From assembly GCA_030770535.1 (NCBI GenBank), contig JASVEC010000010.1, positions 1,178,001 to 1,242,000 on the forward strand: 64,000 nucleotides of DNA. Direction: 5' to 3'. The notes beneath the pieces are model-generated. The model saw only the letters and a program-made list of their open reading frames with translations, made no database searches and was not told the origin of the DNA. The stretch's first letter is position 1. Each line of letters opens with the position of its first letter. Origin of the DNA: Batkoa obscura (taxonomy: Eukaryota). The translations under genes and the position numbers were made by a program. Of this stretch, positions 11,847 to 24,690 are shown piece after piece.

Positions 11847-12476
11847 TTAAGTCTTTTTTGGTGGAAGGGTAATAGTACCGCCAAGATCAAAATTAGCAGT
11901 TGTACCACTAGTACTCCCAATACCAACATCAATGCCACCCGACAGTATAGTGCCGGTAGTTGGGTCTCTACTAATAGCTCCACCATAAGATATGGAGATT
12001 CCAGTTTGATCATTAGCAAATCCAAAAGAACCACCTGTACCTGCATTCATAGAGGTACCAGATGTAGATTGATAGTTGGAATTAGTACTATAATTGGAAT
12101 TTGGTGCAACTGAACCATAGGTAGCACCTCCACCTGTACCAGCGGAATAAGTTACTCCACTACTTGCAATTGGGGCCGCAGTACCTACTGATCCTTGTAC
12201 CATAGTTGCTCCACCCGTGGCATTAGCACCATCGCCAATAGTAGTATAAGCCAAAGAACCAAAGGTGGCACCTGTTCCTGAACCTGAACCGCTTGCACTA
12301 CCAGTACTTGGGGTATTGGTGGTTGTATTATTGGTGCTTGAACTATTAGTACTGGTATTACTTGAGTAGGACTTATTGTTGCCTTTAGATGGTTTATTAT
12401 CATTATTACTATCACGTTTCGTTGGAGCAGCAATAATACTTGCAATTAAGACCAAGGTTAATAAATGGAATTTCAT
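11847..12476 (-). CDS. Secreted Ser/Thr/Gly/Asn-rich protein
   Basis: Signal peptide MKFHLLTLVLIASIIAA, Kex2-like APTKR site, low-complexity body. Confidence 0.8.
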   Translation of the reverse strand: MKFHLLTLVLIASIIAAPTKRDSNNDNKPSKGNNKSYSSNTSTNSSSTNNTTTNTPSTGSASGSGSGTGATFGSLAYTTIGDGANATGGATMVQGSVGTAAPIASSGVTYSAGTGGGATYGSVAPNSNYSTNSNYQSTSGTSMNAGTGGSFGFANDQTGISISYGGAISRDPTTGTILSGGIDVGIGSTSGTTANFDLGGTITLPPKKT

Positions 12477-13859
12477 TTTTTTTAGTGGAGATTAATAATA
12501 CGAGTTTTTTGATTAGTTTATAAAACTTTTGTTATTTTGATGAGTTTTTATCCTTTATTTTGGAGTCTATTTATACTTGCTTTTTAGAAACTCGACTTTT
12601 CTCCTCTATGTAATGATAATTTTTACTTATATTGAACTTTGTTTTTAATATATGAAATATCGAACCCCCTTATCATTATTCCGCCCACCATAATTTTCAA
12701 CTAAATTTAATTTTTTAGTTGTTTACAATTTCTAAGCATTGATGGCATATTAGCTTGTTTTGGTAAATTTCAAGCTAAAAGTTAATTGCTATTAGTAACT
12801 TTTTTAGTTTTAATCAACAGAAGGTTGGTGTTGTAGTCAGGTTGTTAACAGAATCTTATATTTTTTATATGAAGCTTAGTCTATAAGATATGGGGTGAGT
12901 TTATCGATCTACTATCCAGATTATGATACCTTTTACAATCTATTCTAAACCCCCATTTTAGTATAAAATGCTAAAGTATCGGAATTCCAATTACCAAATA
13001 TAAGGAATAGTAAATTTTTTACCAAGTTTATTAAACTGAAATTACAGGGGTTAATAAAATTACTAATTTTTGGTATCTTTTTTTTAAAGCTGTCTCAATT
13101 CCACTCAGTAGCATAAAATTGACTAAAAAAAGTTAGAATCTGGACCATTTAAAACCTTTAATCTGATATTTAGTATTACGAACATGGATGGTATATGGTC
13201 ATAAAAATGAGTTTTGATAATGTGGCTTCTTTTTACAATGCTTCTTAGACTGGATATCCTATTGTGTTGTTCCAAAATTCTACTATTACTTTTTCTTAAA
13301 TTATTTAGAATTTCTGATTCATATCGATTGTTACAAGTTTAATAGTAAAGGAATAATACTTTGATATTATGACTTTTATTTTACATCCTCAATTAATTTA
13401 AACAATCTTTGATTCATATAAAGATTGAAATTTATAATTAACTAAAATGTGATACTTCACTTATGTAAGCAAGTAATAGATGAAGTATAAGAGTAACAAA
13501 ATGAGATGAAACTAACTATTAAATAGATAAAGAAGCCTCTAAAAGGTGATGAAAGGTACTAGTCAATAATATTAATATAACATTAGAGAAATTAACTCTA
13601 GAAATTTTTTACCTTTGAATAAATTATGGCATTTTTTTAAAAATTTGGTTTTTTAAACAAGACCAACAAATTTTTAATAATAGTTTTACTACTTTAGTGA
13701 GGCCAGATGTAAAATAAATTATGGATTTTTAAATAATAAAATTTAAAGCAAAAAATATTAGAATAGAAGTATCCAAAATTAGCATTCATTTTATCAAACT
13801 TTAAATATATTAAAAAAATAAAATATATAAAATTTGCCTAACCAATTTTCAATTGAAAG

Positions 13860-13942
13860 GATCAGGTGGCCGAGTTGGTCTAAGGCGCCGTGTTAAGGCC
13901 GCGGTCTCTTCGGAGGCGTGGGTTCGAATCCCATCCTGATCA
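13860..13942 (+). tRNA. tRNA-Leu(AAG)
   Basis: Acceptor GATCAGG/CCTGATC, anticodon arm CCGTG-TT-AAG-GC-CGCGG, long variable arm, GGTTCGAATCC. Confidence 0.95.
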
Positions 13943-14613
13943 TGTTATTTTTCAACATTTTTTATTGAATAACGTAAATTGTTTTTTTATTTTGCCATTT
14001 TTTGAGCATTATTGGGATAAAAATAACTATAAATTTTTTCAAATAGGGGCATTTTTTTGGTTTCGTCACTTTTTCCATTTCTTAAACGCTACTTGAATGG
14101 AAAGATTGTAATAAAATTCTTAAATAAAAAAATATATCCTCAAATAGAGACCTCTACCTTCTCCTGTAGTTCTTTTTATCTAAAATTTTAATGAATTACT
14201 CATAGTTTATTTAACAAAATGATAGTCTATAAATCAAAAAGTTGTATACTAGGATAAGGAATGAACTTTAAAAGTGATAAGATAGAAACAACAATGAAAG
14301 GAGTGAGAGAGATAAATATTAATGTTTTAATGAAAGAGTCAATATATTTTATTATAGAGTGATTATGATATTGGGAAAATGTGTTTAATTCTAGTATATT
14401 AAGATAATGATTGAATATCGATAATAAAAGGATTAATTCTTTAATATTGGGTATGAATAGGAAGTAATAAGGATTTTGTTAAAGTTAACATAGTAATTAA
14501 ATGGAATGTTTATTTATAGTAGAATCAAAATTAAAATAGAATATAATAATAATTTTTATTTTGAATAATTGATATATAACTTAATGAATAATGAGCAACA
14601 AGTAGTATTTAAA

Positions 14614-16218
14614 TTAATCTACAAATTTTTCATTAATCACCGACATATAGTTTTCACCAGGCATAATGGTATCAGACCTTAGCACAAATAAAGGGTTCTC
14701 TTGTTCACTTGTTGGACTGATTGGAACTGAGGCTGAAGTATTGGTATGGTGATTTAGATCATTGTTGCTCATACCATTGTTATTATTATTAGCATTATAA
14801 GAACCCCTGTTAGTTGAATTTAAGGTGGAATCTGAAAAATGAGAATTATATTTCATCGAATTATTACTATGATATTTTTCAGTAACTTGAGAATTAGGAC
14901 GATAGTTAGAATTGGTACCATCATTTTCACTCCATAATGGGTTAAGATTAGGCTGGATAGGTTCTAAAAAGGGTTCAGGTTCAGGTATTTCTTTTTTTAA
15001 TTGTTGTACTTTTCTTCGATAATAAAAAAAGATAAGGATTATTACTATTATTAATACAATCACTCCTACAGTCACTCCAATAATTAATGGTAAATTGGTA
15101 GAAGATTTAGAATCATCATTATCATCATATTCCCCAATAAAGGCATTAGAATACCAAGATTGAGGTGGTGGAGAGTATTGTTTAGCTACCAAAAAATTAT
15201 CTAAGTTAATAATTTGAGCTTGATTGAAAGTACTCAAATTATCCGTTTCACCTAAAAATTGAACTAATTGATTACTTACTGTCCAAGCAGAATAAGAAGC
15301 TCGTGCGAAATTAGTATTAGTATTAGTACTATCTTCATTTTTTAGTTGAATTCGACGCCATTGCCAGGTAGTTGTATCCAATACCAATACATCTGAATAA
15401 ATCTTGAAATCGTTATAAGTGGAATTAATATTACTTGCACCCCCTTGAATAATAATTTTATTTCCATAAGCAACAGGCATAAATTTAATAATAGGATCTT
15501 GATTTTCCCCAGTTGTTTTTTGTTTAGTCCAAGCATTAGTTCTAAAATCATAAATATAAATTTCACTCAAATCTCTTACTGTACCATCTGAAGTTATTCC
15601 ACCTAATATGACAAATCGATTTTGAGTTAAAAATACACTTTGATGATATTCCAAAGGTTGTAATGAATCATCACTAGGTTCTGACATCCATTGAAGAGAA
15701 GATGTATTAAATCTCCAATATTCATTGGTCAATTTATTACTATCAGTTAATCTTCCACCAAACATACAAAAAACATTAGAGTGAGTAATCCAAGCAAATC
15801 CTTTTCTATTTGGTGGGGATTGTATATTAATTTGATTATTAAATCCCCCAGTTGATAAGTCTAAATATCTTAACGGCGAGTTGCCAGAATTAACATCTCC
15901 ACCATACATCCATAATTTTGTTCCATTCACTCCCTCTCCAAATATAGCCCCAAAAGTAGGTACATTAACATTAGAGCCAAGGGAACTTATATCAACATTC
16001 GAACTATCTTGTAATTTAAATTGACTCACATCAAATGATTTATTTAGTTGGATAGTAATTAAATTGGTATATTGGGAACTGACCTTGGCGTTACTCGCTG
16101 TTCCTCCAGTGATGTACATACGTTGATTCATAATGGCACATGAACTTCCACTGATGGATTGAGTAACTATTAATGTTAATTGAGTTACCAAATTCAATAA
16201 AAGATATAATAATATCAT
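14614..16218 (-). CDS. Kelch/galactose-oxidase beta-propeller type-I membrane protein
   Basis: Signal peptide, kelch GG...W repeats (MYITGG, LWMYGG, FCMFGG, FVILGG, IIIQGG), TM helix LPLIIGVTVGVIVLIIVIILIFFYY followed by RRK, Asn/Ser-rich tail. Confidence 0.85.
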   Translation of the reverse strand: MILLYLLLNLVTQLTLIVTQSISGSSCAIMNQRMYITGGTASNAKVSSQYTNLITIQLNKSFDVSQFKLQDSSNVDISSLGSNVNVPTFGAIFGEGVNGTKLWMYGGDVNSGNSPLRYLDLSTGGFNNQINIQSPPNRKGFAWITHSNVFCMFGGRLTDSNKLTNEYWRFNTSSLQWMSEPSDDSLQPLEYHQSVFLTQNRFVILGGITSDGTVRDLSEIYIYDFRTNAWTKQKTTGENQDPIIKFMPVAYGNKIIIQGGASNINSTYNDFKIYSDVLVLDTTTWQWRRIQLKNEDSTNTNTNFARASYSAWTVSNQLVQFLGETDNLSTFNQAQIINLDNFLVAKQYSPPPQSWYSNAFIGEYDDNDDSKSSTNLPLIIGVTVGVIVLIIVIILIFFYYRRKVQQLKKEIPEPEPFLEPIQPNLNPLWSENDGTNSNYRPNSQVTEKYHSNNSMKYNSHFSDSTLNSTNRGSYNANNNNNGMSNNDLNHHTNTSASVPISPTSEQENPLFVLRSDTIMPGENYMSVINEKFVD

Positions 16219-17145
16219 AGTTAAATTAATATATTAAAAAATTGAATAGATTGAATAAAAAAATCTTAATGAAAAGGAGTAAAGTTGAGTTTTTATATAT
16301 CTTTATTTTTTACTAATAATCCCCTGAATTGAAGGTGCTTTATTTGGAATTTTAATAATTTTAAAAGTTAATTTTAGAGTCTATTATTGTTATTTTACCT
16401 CAAATATAATACCTATTTTTGATGATTTTCTCCGTTTAAGGTACTTAATTTTGAATTTTTTTTAAAACACTACCCCCGAATCGTCCATTAATTTTGTATT
16501 CAATTTTCTAAGTTTTAAACTGTATAATTCACCCCAATTTTAACCTAGCATTTGGGTCTATTATAATAGGTTATCGATGGGGAAATTAAGTATAAGCATT
16601 ATAAAACTATGAATTGTATTCTATTTTCAAGTTTATAATATTTATTTATATCTTTTTATTAATTTTAAATTATTTGTATCTTTTAAAAATTTATTATGAG
16701 TTTAAAAATAAATTCTAATAAAATTACCCTCATTGTTATATTAGAATAAACGCAGTCCTCTGAAATGTATTTTACATTTTCAAACTTAATAGAAAAACAC
16801 CCTCAATTGAGCTTGGTTTACTTCAAGTTTATATTTTAAAACTAAGGGTTTTTGTTATTCTAATTTTAAGACTAAGATTTGTTATTATTTAGTTAAAGTT
16901 AAAATCCAATTATAAATAAAAGATCTAGATTCTAATTTTGTTATTCTATTTATTAATTTTATATAATAAAAGAGAAGTATATAAATAAGTAAATAAATAG
17001 TAAAGTCAGATTTATTAAAAAATGAGTTTATTGTTTATGTAAAGAGTAGCAAAAAGAAGAAGATTAACTAATAAATTCCAAAGTTTAAAGAGTGAGAGAA
17101 AGAAACATGAGAGTAGAATAAAACAGAAAATACAAATATTTACTA

Positions 17146-18143
17146 TTAAAATTGATAAACTTTAACAAAATCAATATTAAAATTTTGTTTCCAAGATTTT
17201 GGATCATTATATTTATCAAATTTCCAACCAGGTCCAAAATAGTTACCTGCAATAGCTAAATCAATAATCATATACCATTCTTGATCAATAAATGGAATAC
17301 CTAAAATAAAATAAATAAATAAATAAAATAATATATAGAATATATAGAATATAATACTTACCCATTCCATTATATTGATGAAAAGCAGTAGACCAATCTC
17401 TATTTAATTCTACATTATGAACATAATTATCGTCTATAAAGAATTTAATATAATTTTTAGTATAATCAATACCAAATGTATGATAACCATCAAATAGCCC
17501 ATTTTTCATATGAGGAGTAGTAAAATATTGATTATTAGGCCATTTACCGCCATGGTGTAATGTGAATTCCACTTTATCTTTCATATGACCTTTAGCTTCT
17601 AATATATCAATTTCACCACCCGTAGGCCAAGTGCCATACTTATCAGTGACTGGTAATAACCAGAAGGTAGGCCAAAGATAATTACCAATAGGAAGTTGAG
17701 CACGCATTTCAAATCTTCCATATCGAAAACCAGAATTTAATTTACTATGAATTTTACCACTAATAATTGGTAATTGTAAATCTTTATTACATCCATTTGA
17801 TAATTTACTAGAACATGATTCTCCCTCTTTTAATTTATAGTCACCATCTATATAATTAGGTATTATACTTAATGTACCTATAATAAAAATCAATCCTTAA
17901 TTCATGTTATTTAATTATTAGACTATTTAATTTACCATTATTTAAGTTCAATACTTCTGGATGATCAACATAACACTGTTGTTCTAAATTACCCCCACCA
18001 TCACAACTTACTTCCACATCCCATAAATCTCGGTTAATTGTTCCACCTTCAAAGTTATCTTCAAATACTAACTTTAATCCATCGGGTAAGGAGGGGGATG
18101 ATAAAACAGTATTGATGAGATAAATATAGAATATAAAATGCAT
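17146..18143 (-). CDS. Secreted glycoside hydrolase family 16 (beta-1,3-glucanase/laminarinase-like), 3 exons
   Basis: Signal peptide, LVFEDNFEG, YGRFEMRAQLP, WPTFWLLP, catalytic GEIDILE. Two GT-AG introns (~17879-17935 and ~17301-17361) join three ORF-track fragments. Confidence 0.9.
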
Positions 18144-19124
18144 TGTATTGAAATTGATATTTAATATAGTTTATAAATTAATGATTATAGGTATAATGAG
18201 AATAATCAATAAATAAAACAAAATGAAATGAAATGAAATAAAAATAAAATAAAATAATTGATATAAAAAAATTAAGTTATTATAATAATAACTAAAGTAA
18301 TATAATATATCGACTTTTTTTTATTGTTATGATTTTCAATTGTTTATATATACTATTATCTCTTGTTTTATTCTCCGCATTTGATTCAAGTTGACATTTA
18401 CTTTTTTTGGTGAAATATAAAAATTAGCTCGATTTTAATAACGTGAATTACTTACGATTATGTATTTCCTAGATTTTGAGCTAGTTGAAATTAACCAATT
18501 AATTAAGAAATAATCTCAATTTGAAATCATCCTATTGATTAATATTATTAGTTAACTACTTTAGTGAATTTGTTACTAAATTTCCATAAGCTTCTTTTAA
18601 TTATTTTTTAAAAATAATCGTTACTATTTCTTTTAATACCGTTAATAAAAAAGAAATGATATATTTTTATAATGGTTAATTTATTAATTCATTATTATAA
18701 TTATGATAATTATAATAATATTTATTATTATTCATTAATTATATATTTATTTTATATATCAATTGTTATTTATTGAAATTATTATATCATCTAAATTTAT
18801 AACAATAATAATAAACTTTGATTTTTGTTGATTTTTATATTAAAAATAAAGATATTAAACGTTAGTTGTAGATCAATAATAAACTTTAAATAAAAAAACA
18901 AATTAAAATTATTTATGTCATTTAGTAATTTTTAAATGTTAAAATGACAAAACTAATAAAAAATGATTAAACTTAATATATTATAATATTACATTTTAAA
19001 AAAAGATATTAGAATTTTGTTTATTTTTGTTAAATAATTTATAAATTATTGAATTAAATGTCAAAAATTAATACATGTAATAGAACATTAGTTATAGTAA
19101 ATATTATTATTTATAAAAATATTA

Positions 19125-20486
19125 TTATTTACTATTCATTCTACTATTCCTTGCTGTTGAATTAGGTGAAAAATTGACATTAGTACCATCATTCTCACTC
19201 CAAATGAAATTGAAATTCGGTTGGATTGGTTCTAAAAATGGCTCACTCTTTTCCCTAATCCCTTTACTATCTCTCTTTGATCTTCTCTTTTTAACTTTAA
19301 ACCAATAAACTAATACGCTTAACACTAATCCCACTAAAACAATACCTCCAATACTTAACCCTATTACTAAGGGTAAATTAGTATTAACATTATTATTCAA
19401 AGTATTGTTTCCATTAGTATTATTACTATAATCTCCTAAATAAGCTTTTGTATAAAAACTTTTCGGTGGAGGAATATATTCTTTTGCTGCCATAAAAGTA
19501 TCTAAATTAACAATTTGAACTTGAGGAGCTAAAGAGTCTTTTTCGCCTAGAAATTGAACCAATTGATTACCTATTAACCAAGCGGAATACGATGCACGAG
19601 CAAAATAATTATTGCCATAAGTATCTAAACTTAACTCATATTCTCGCCATTCCCAAGTATCTAAATTCAGTACCATCATATTATTATATAATTTATAATT
19701 GGGATCCGATGAATTAAGAGTATTACTACCACCTTGTATAATAATATAATTTTTATACGAAATGGGAGTAAACTTAACACCTTTATAAATCTCACCATTG
19801 ATAGTAGTTTGTACATTCCATTGTAATTTACTAATATCAAAAACATAAATTTCACTTAAATCTCTTAAATCCCCACTTTCATCTATACCACCTAATATTA
19901 TAAATTTCCCATTAGCTAATACACCTTGATGGTATTCTAATTTTTTTAATCTTGAATCAGATGGCATTGTATACCATTTTTGATCAGTCAAATTGAACTT
20001 TTTGTATTCATTTGTTAATTCATTAGTTTCTAAAATACGTCCACCAAACATACAAAAATAACCGTTATGAGTGATCCAAGCAAAATTACTTCTTATTGGT
20101 GGAGACAACATTTTATTGTTTTTAGTAATCCCCCCTGATTGTAAATCATAATATTGTAAGCCTTGAAGACCATAAACCCATAATTTATTACCATTTTGGC
20201 CTTCCCCAAAAATAGCTGAGAAAGAAGTAGTAGTTGATGGCAGAGTACTAGTTTGTACAAGCGATGTGTCATTCAATTTGAAATCATATGTATTGAATTT
20301 TTGATTTAATTCAATGATATATAAGCCATTGTTTTGTAAATTGTTTTTTAACCCACCAGTAACATACATCTTTTCATTCATAATAGCACAACTGCTACCG
20401 GATATGATAGGATCCAAAGCAAGCAGAAAGGTGAAGAGAAATAATGATAATAAAAGATAAAAATCCTTTGGACAGAAATAAAGCAT
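19125..20486 (-). CDS. Kelch beta-propeller type-I membrane protein (paralog of 14614..16218)
   Basis: Same architecture as 14614..16218; shares FARASYSAW, NQLVQFLGE, EPFLEPIQPN and WSENDGTN. Confidence 0.85.
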   Translation of the reverse strand: MLYFCPKDFYLLLSLFLFTFLLALDPIISGSSCAIMNEKMYVTGGLKNNLQNNGLYIIELNQKFNTYDFKLNDTSLVQTSTLPSTTTSFSAIFGEGQNGNKLWVYGLQGLQYYDLQSGGITKNNKMLSPPIRSNFAWITHNGYFCMFGGRILETNELTNEYKKFNLTDQKWYTMPSDSRLKKLEYHQGVLANGKFIILGGIDESGDLRDLSEIYVFDISKLQWNVQTTINGEIYKGVKFTPISYKNYIIIQGGSNTLNSSDPNYKLYNNMMVLNLDTWEWREYELSLDTYGNNYFARASYSAWLIGNQLVQFLGEKDSLAPQVQIVNLDTFMAAKEYIPPPKSFYTKAYLGDYSNNTNGNNTLNNNVNTNLPLVIGLSIGGIVLVGLVLSVLVYWFKVKKRRSKRDSKGIREKSEPFLEPIQPNFNFIWSENDGTNVNFSPNSTARNSRMNSK

Positions 20487-21472
20487 CTTTTTCTTTTTAA
20501 TAAAATAAATTCTAATTTTATTAATTATTAAGTTTTTTATTTATACTTTTATGTTTTCTATAAATTTTCTAAGACACAACCTTAACCCCATAAAATATGA
20601 ATTTTTGATTTATTACAGTTCTAGATTTTTATTGCTTTTGTTTTATCCTCATTTTTGATTTATTTTGGTTCAATTAAAGGCTACAAAAGCATGGTTTTTT
20701 TTAAACACAATAAGCTGAAGATATCAATCAAACAGTTGCTGTACTTGTATTATGAATTAGTTAGCTTTGATTCTGAAGCCAAAATATTAATCAAATTCTT
20801 CTGAAATGCCAAAATTAGGCTTTAAAAAGAATAAATAGAGAATTAAGGAATTTTAAAAATTATTAAAAATTTAGTCATAATCCAGTTGCAATAGCTAACT
20901 TAAATTTACAGTTTTACATTTAAGTTATGCTTTTTATTTTTTTATTTTTTTATTTTTTTATTTTTCTATTTTTATTTTCATTTTCATTTTCTTGAAAGTA
21001 TTATAATTACGGCAGTTTATTAAAACTTATTCGTTATTATAAAAAAATACATTATATTGCATTGTATTGAAAGCTTTTAAAATAGTTAAAATAGTTAACC
21101 AATATTAATAATTTCATTGCATTGTGAATATTAAGACAAAAATAAACTCCCTTTTTTGATATATTTATTTTATAAAGCTATTAGAAATTTTATAATTCTA
21201 TCTGAACTAACTTAACTTAAATTTTGTTATTTTAATATTTTAATAATAATAACCGTACTTTTTCATTACAAAATACTTTAAATCAATATGAAAATAACGT
21301 TATTACAATAATGTTAGAATATCAATATTAGTTAACAATTTTTAATGGGTTTTAGTGTTATTAAACTTGTTATCCTTAGCTATTAAACTCAATATAAAAT
21401 TCTCACTCACACTACTATTCTTAGTTTAAACAAGCTTAATACTTAACTGAATAGATTCTTTAAAAAACATTC

Positions 21473-21568
21473 GGGGATGTATTTGTATTTAAGAATTCCA
21501 CTAATAATTTTTCCGCTCAAATAGTGCTTAAAAGATGGAAAAAGCGATGAAGCCAAAGAAACATCCCC
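21473..21568 (-). mobile_element. MITE copy 2
   Basis: GGGGATGT...ACATCCCC termini and family core. Confidence 0.85.
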
Positions 21569-21595
21569 ATATTAAATTTTAATAATCCAAAAAAA

Positions 21596-21667
21596 CTCTC
21601 GAGCGGGGAATTGAACCCCGGTCTCCCGCGTGACAGGCGGGGATACTCACCACTATACTACCCGAGA
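21596..21667 (-). tRNA. tRNA-Asp(GTC)
   Basis: Reverse complement TCTCGGGTAGTATAGTGGTGAGTATCCCCGCCT-GTC-ACGCGGGAGACCGGGGTTCAATTCCCCGCTCGAGAG, followed by an oligo-T run. Confidence 0.95.
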
Positions 21668-21981
21668 TTAATATATTATTGTAATTTTTTTATTTAATTT
21701 ATTAATTTTATTGCACTTAAAAAATTGAAGGTACACTAGCTAACATATAAGGATCCTGCATTTTATTTTTTATTTGTAAGATCATTAAAAATATTAACAA
21801 GTAATAATTTTTTAGATTTAAAGTAAAAAGTCTTATATTATAAATATATATGTAAATCAATGTCAAATACTCTAATGATTTGTAAAATTAAAATAAAAAA
21901 ATATACTAAGTTAGCTTAAGTTACCATTGTTATAAAATTTAACAGCAATATCGATACTTATTTAATAACTCTTTGTTATAT
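21596..21981. repeat. ~385-bp inverted duplication (tRNA-Asp plus ~310 bp upstream); partner at ~31545..31927
   Basis: Its reverse complement aligns closely to 31545..31927, e.g. AAAGAGTTATTAAATAAGTATCGATATTGCTGTTAAATTTTATAACAATG. Confidence 0.9.
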
Positions 21982-22076
21982 GAAGATGTTTTCTTTGGCT
22001 TCATTTTTTCCATCTTTCAAGCGCTATTTGAGTGGAAAATTTTTAGTAAAATTCTCAAATATAAAAATACATCTCT
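21982..22076 (+). mobile_element. MITE copy 3
   Basis: Family core; ATAT TSD. Confidence 0.85.
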
Positions 22077-22493
22077 ATATTATTAATTTAAATCCTTTAT
22101 TTATTGTCTTTAAAGATATTAAATTGATTTTACTTACCAGCTGAGTTAATTTCAATCACCAGACCTAGAAATATAACAATCTTTTTACTAGAAAGCTATC
22201 AAAATATCACTTTTAATTATTCTTTATTCAACAGATTATTTCCTTCAATTTACAGTAGTCATCATCCTTATTAGACAGGTTCAACTCAATATAATATTAA
22301 ATAAAAACGTTTCTAACAAAGAACTTTCTAATAAGTACTTAATTTTTAAAATCATGTTTTTTACTAAATGTTTACCATAATTTAGAAAGCCTGGCTTGTG
22401 ATATGCTATTTTGTATACTTTGAGTACACAAATTTTAATGAGTATCATATTGTTAATATAAAAAAACGTTTTTTTAAAATAGAATAAGCATTT

Positions 22494-22583
22494 GGGGATG
22501 TACTTTTTCGTTTAACAATTTTACTAATAATTTTTCTGCTCAAATAGCGCTTAAAAGATGAAAAAAGTGAAGTCAAAAACACC
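22494..22583 (-). mobile_element. MITE copy 4
   Basis: Family core; flanks ATTT/ATGT. Confidence 0.8.
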
Positions 22584-24075
22584 ATGTAGTGATGTAGTAA
22601 TAAATAAAAGTGAACTTATATCAGAGTTTCTTTTGTTGATTTTTAAAACTTAATTTTAAAGGATAACGTTTTTTATGAAACATGATAAACCTGGGTAGTA
22701 ATGTTTCTTAGAGGATCATACAACTTGGCTCTAATCCCCATGGTGTAAAAGCTTTAGCCAAATGACTTTCTAATCTCATTTATAGTATTGCTTTGAATTA
22801 AAAAGTCACTTTCCCTTCAAGATTTAAGGTTTAAAAAAACATAATAAACTTTGATTTTCCTATTGTTAACTGATCTTAATTATATTGGGATGATTTGTCC
22901 TTTTCGAGAAAATCAATGTTGCTGCTATATATCTTAACAATTTTTTTATACACACGGATGGATCAGTCTAAGACCTTTACCCTTAAGTAAATAACCACTT
23001 TGCTTCTAAACTAATTTAAAATCAGTGTTGTTTAAAATTGTCTTAATAAAAAACTTATAAAAAACTTATAAAAAAGTTTAATATCGTAAATGTTGAGATA
23101 AAAATGAAGTTAACTCTTTTCTCATTTGAAGGTGGAGTTTATTTTAACTTGCTAAATCTTTACGAGAAATACTACAGACACAGTATTATTTAAAATAAAA
23201 TTATTTTCTAAATAGGATGTATTTCAGTCTAGCTTAAAAAATCACAATGGTTGTCTATTTAAGGAGAATAGTAGTAACTTGAAAATGAAAAAGCATCTGA
23301 AATTATTTTGGGCAGAACTGTAAAGTTGATTTAATTTTTTTTAAAATACGGAGTAATTAACGTGTTATTTAGGAGAAATAGTTTGTACCATAACCTTACA
23401 GTTCTAAACCTCACTAACGATGTTATTTTGGCAATAGACCCATAATTTCAAACCATACCTTTTGATTAAACATTCAACTTATAAGGAATCTTATATTTTA
23501 CTTAAAAGCTATAAATAGTAGGAATAATTGGGTAATATTAAAAATGAAATTAGATATATATTAATTTATCCATCAATCTATTGTAAAAAGTATTAATTCA
23601 TTGTATACTCTTTAATAAGTGCTTTATTAAATATTACTAAACAAAATATAATGTACACTTATTACTTTATTATTCCCAACATTTAACTCATCTTTATTTA
23701 ATTTTGCATGCATGAGAGTTTTTGCAATTTAATCTATAAGGTCATTAAACTGGTATAATAATAACAAGCTAGATAAAGTGATACAAATCATCACTATAGT
23801 TTGAGTTCCATTACTAAGTGTAATGATAAATGTTTATCCATAGAACGTCACATTTTTGCATAATAGAACTTGACCAAAATCGAAAATAAGGTGTAAAAAA
23901 GTTATTTATTAAAAAAAAGAGTGTATATTTTAAGAAAACAAAAGTAGTTAATAATTTTGTATCCAGCTTAAAATTTACTTAATGTAAAATTTTAACTTGA
24001 TATAAAACAATAGATTGAAATAAACAAAACAGAGAGGAATGTGGGAAAAATGGAAGATTTAAATAATACACTTAT

Positions 24076-24690
24076 TTAGCTTTTACCCCCACGTATTTTA
24101 CGCATAAAATTAATCCAGGACGCTGATAAAAGTTGAGCAACATGATCAAATATAGGACGAAATACATCAGGATGAGTACTATCATTTAAATCTAATAAGC
24201 AAGCTTCTTTAATTTTAGATGGTAAGTTTAATTCTAATGAGGAAGCCGGGTTAAGGAATAATTGAACAACTAAAGTAATCTCTTCATTAAAAGGTAACTC
24301 ATTAGAACAAATAAATTCTAATTTAGGTTTCTTTTTGAAATTGAATAAACCTTTAGACCATCGATTTTCATTAGCTGTTAATTTTAATATATGATGAGGT
24401 ACTTCTAAAAAGATATCATAGCTATCGGTAATTGGAGAGTCCAGACTAAGTAAATTGACTGTGGGTGGTGGTACCAAAGGTACAAAACCATTTGGTCCAC
24501 ATTTTTTAACTGTATAATAGCGCTTTTCATAATTAGAAAACCATAGATAAAATTCCATGTTTTCGGAACTATGTTCAAATTTAGTTAAATACTTTCGAAA
24601 GTTCTCGAAATAAGGTAAGGTCATTGGACTACCCTCTAGCACTTCTTCCATCCTTATATTGGTAGTATCTAAAGCTACGGATAACATCAT
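24076..24690 (-). CDS. RGS (regulator of G-protein signalling) domain protein
   Basis: FRKYLTKFEHSSENMEFYLW, FLNPASSLELNLP and THPDVF are typical split-RGS motifs. Confidence 0.85.
   Translation of the reverse strand: MMLSVALDTTNIRMEEVLEGSPMTLPYFENFRKYLTKFEHSSENMEFYLWFSNYEKRYYTVKKCGPNGFVPLVPPPTVNLLSLDSPITDSYDIFLEVPHHILKLTANENRWSKGLFNFKKKPKLEFICSNELPFNEEITLVVQLFLNPASSLELNLPSKIKEACLLDLNDSTHPDVFRPIFDHVAQLLSASWINFMRKIRGGKS

Noticed and set aside
13890..14096. 68-aa ORF
   Set aside because: It overlaps tRNA-Leu and AT-rich flank; spurious.
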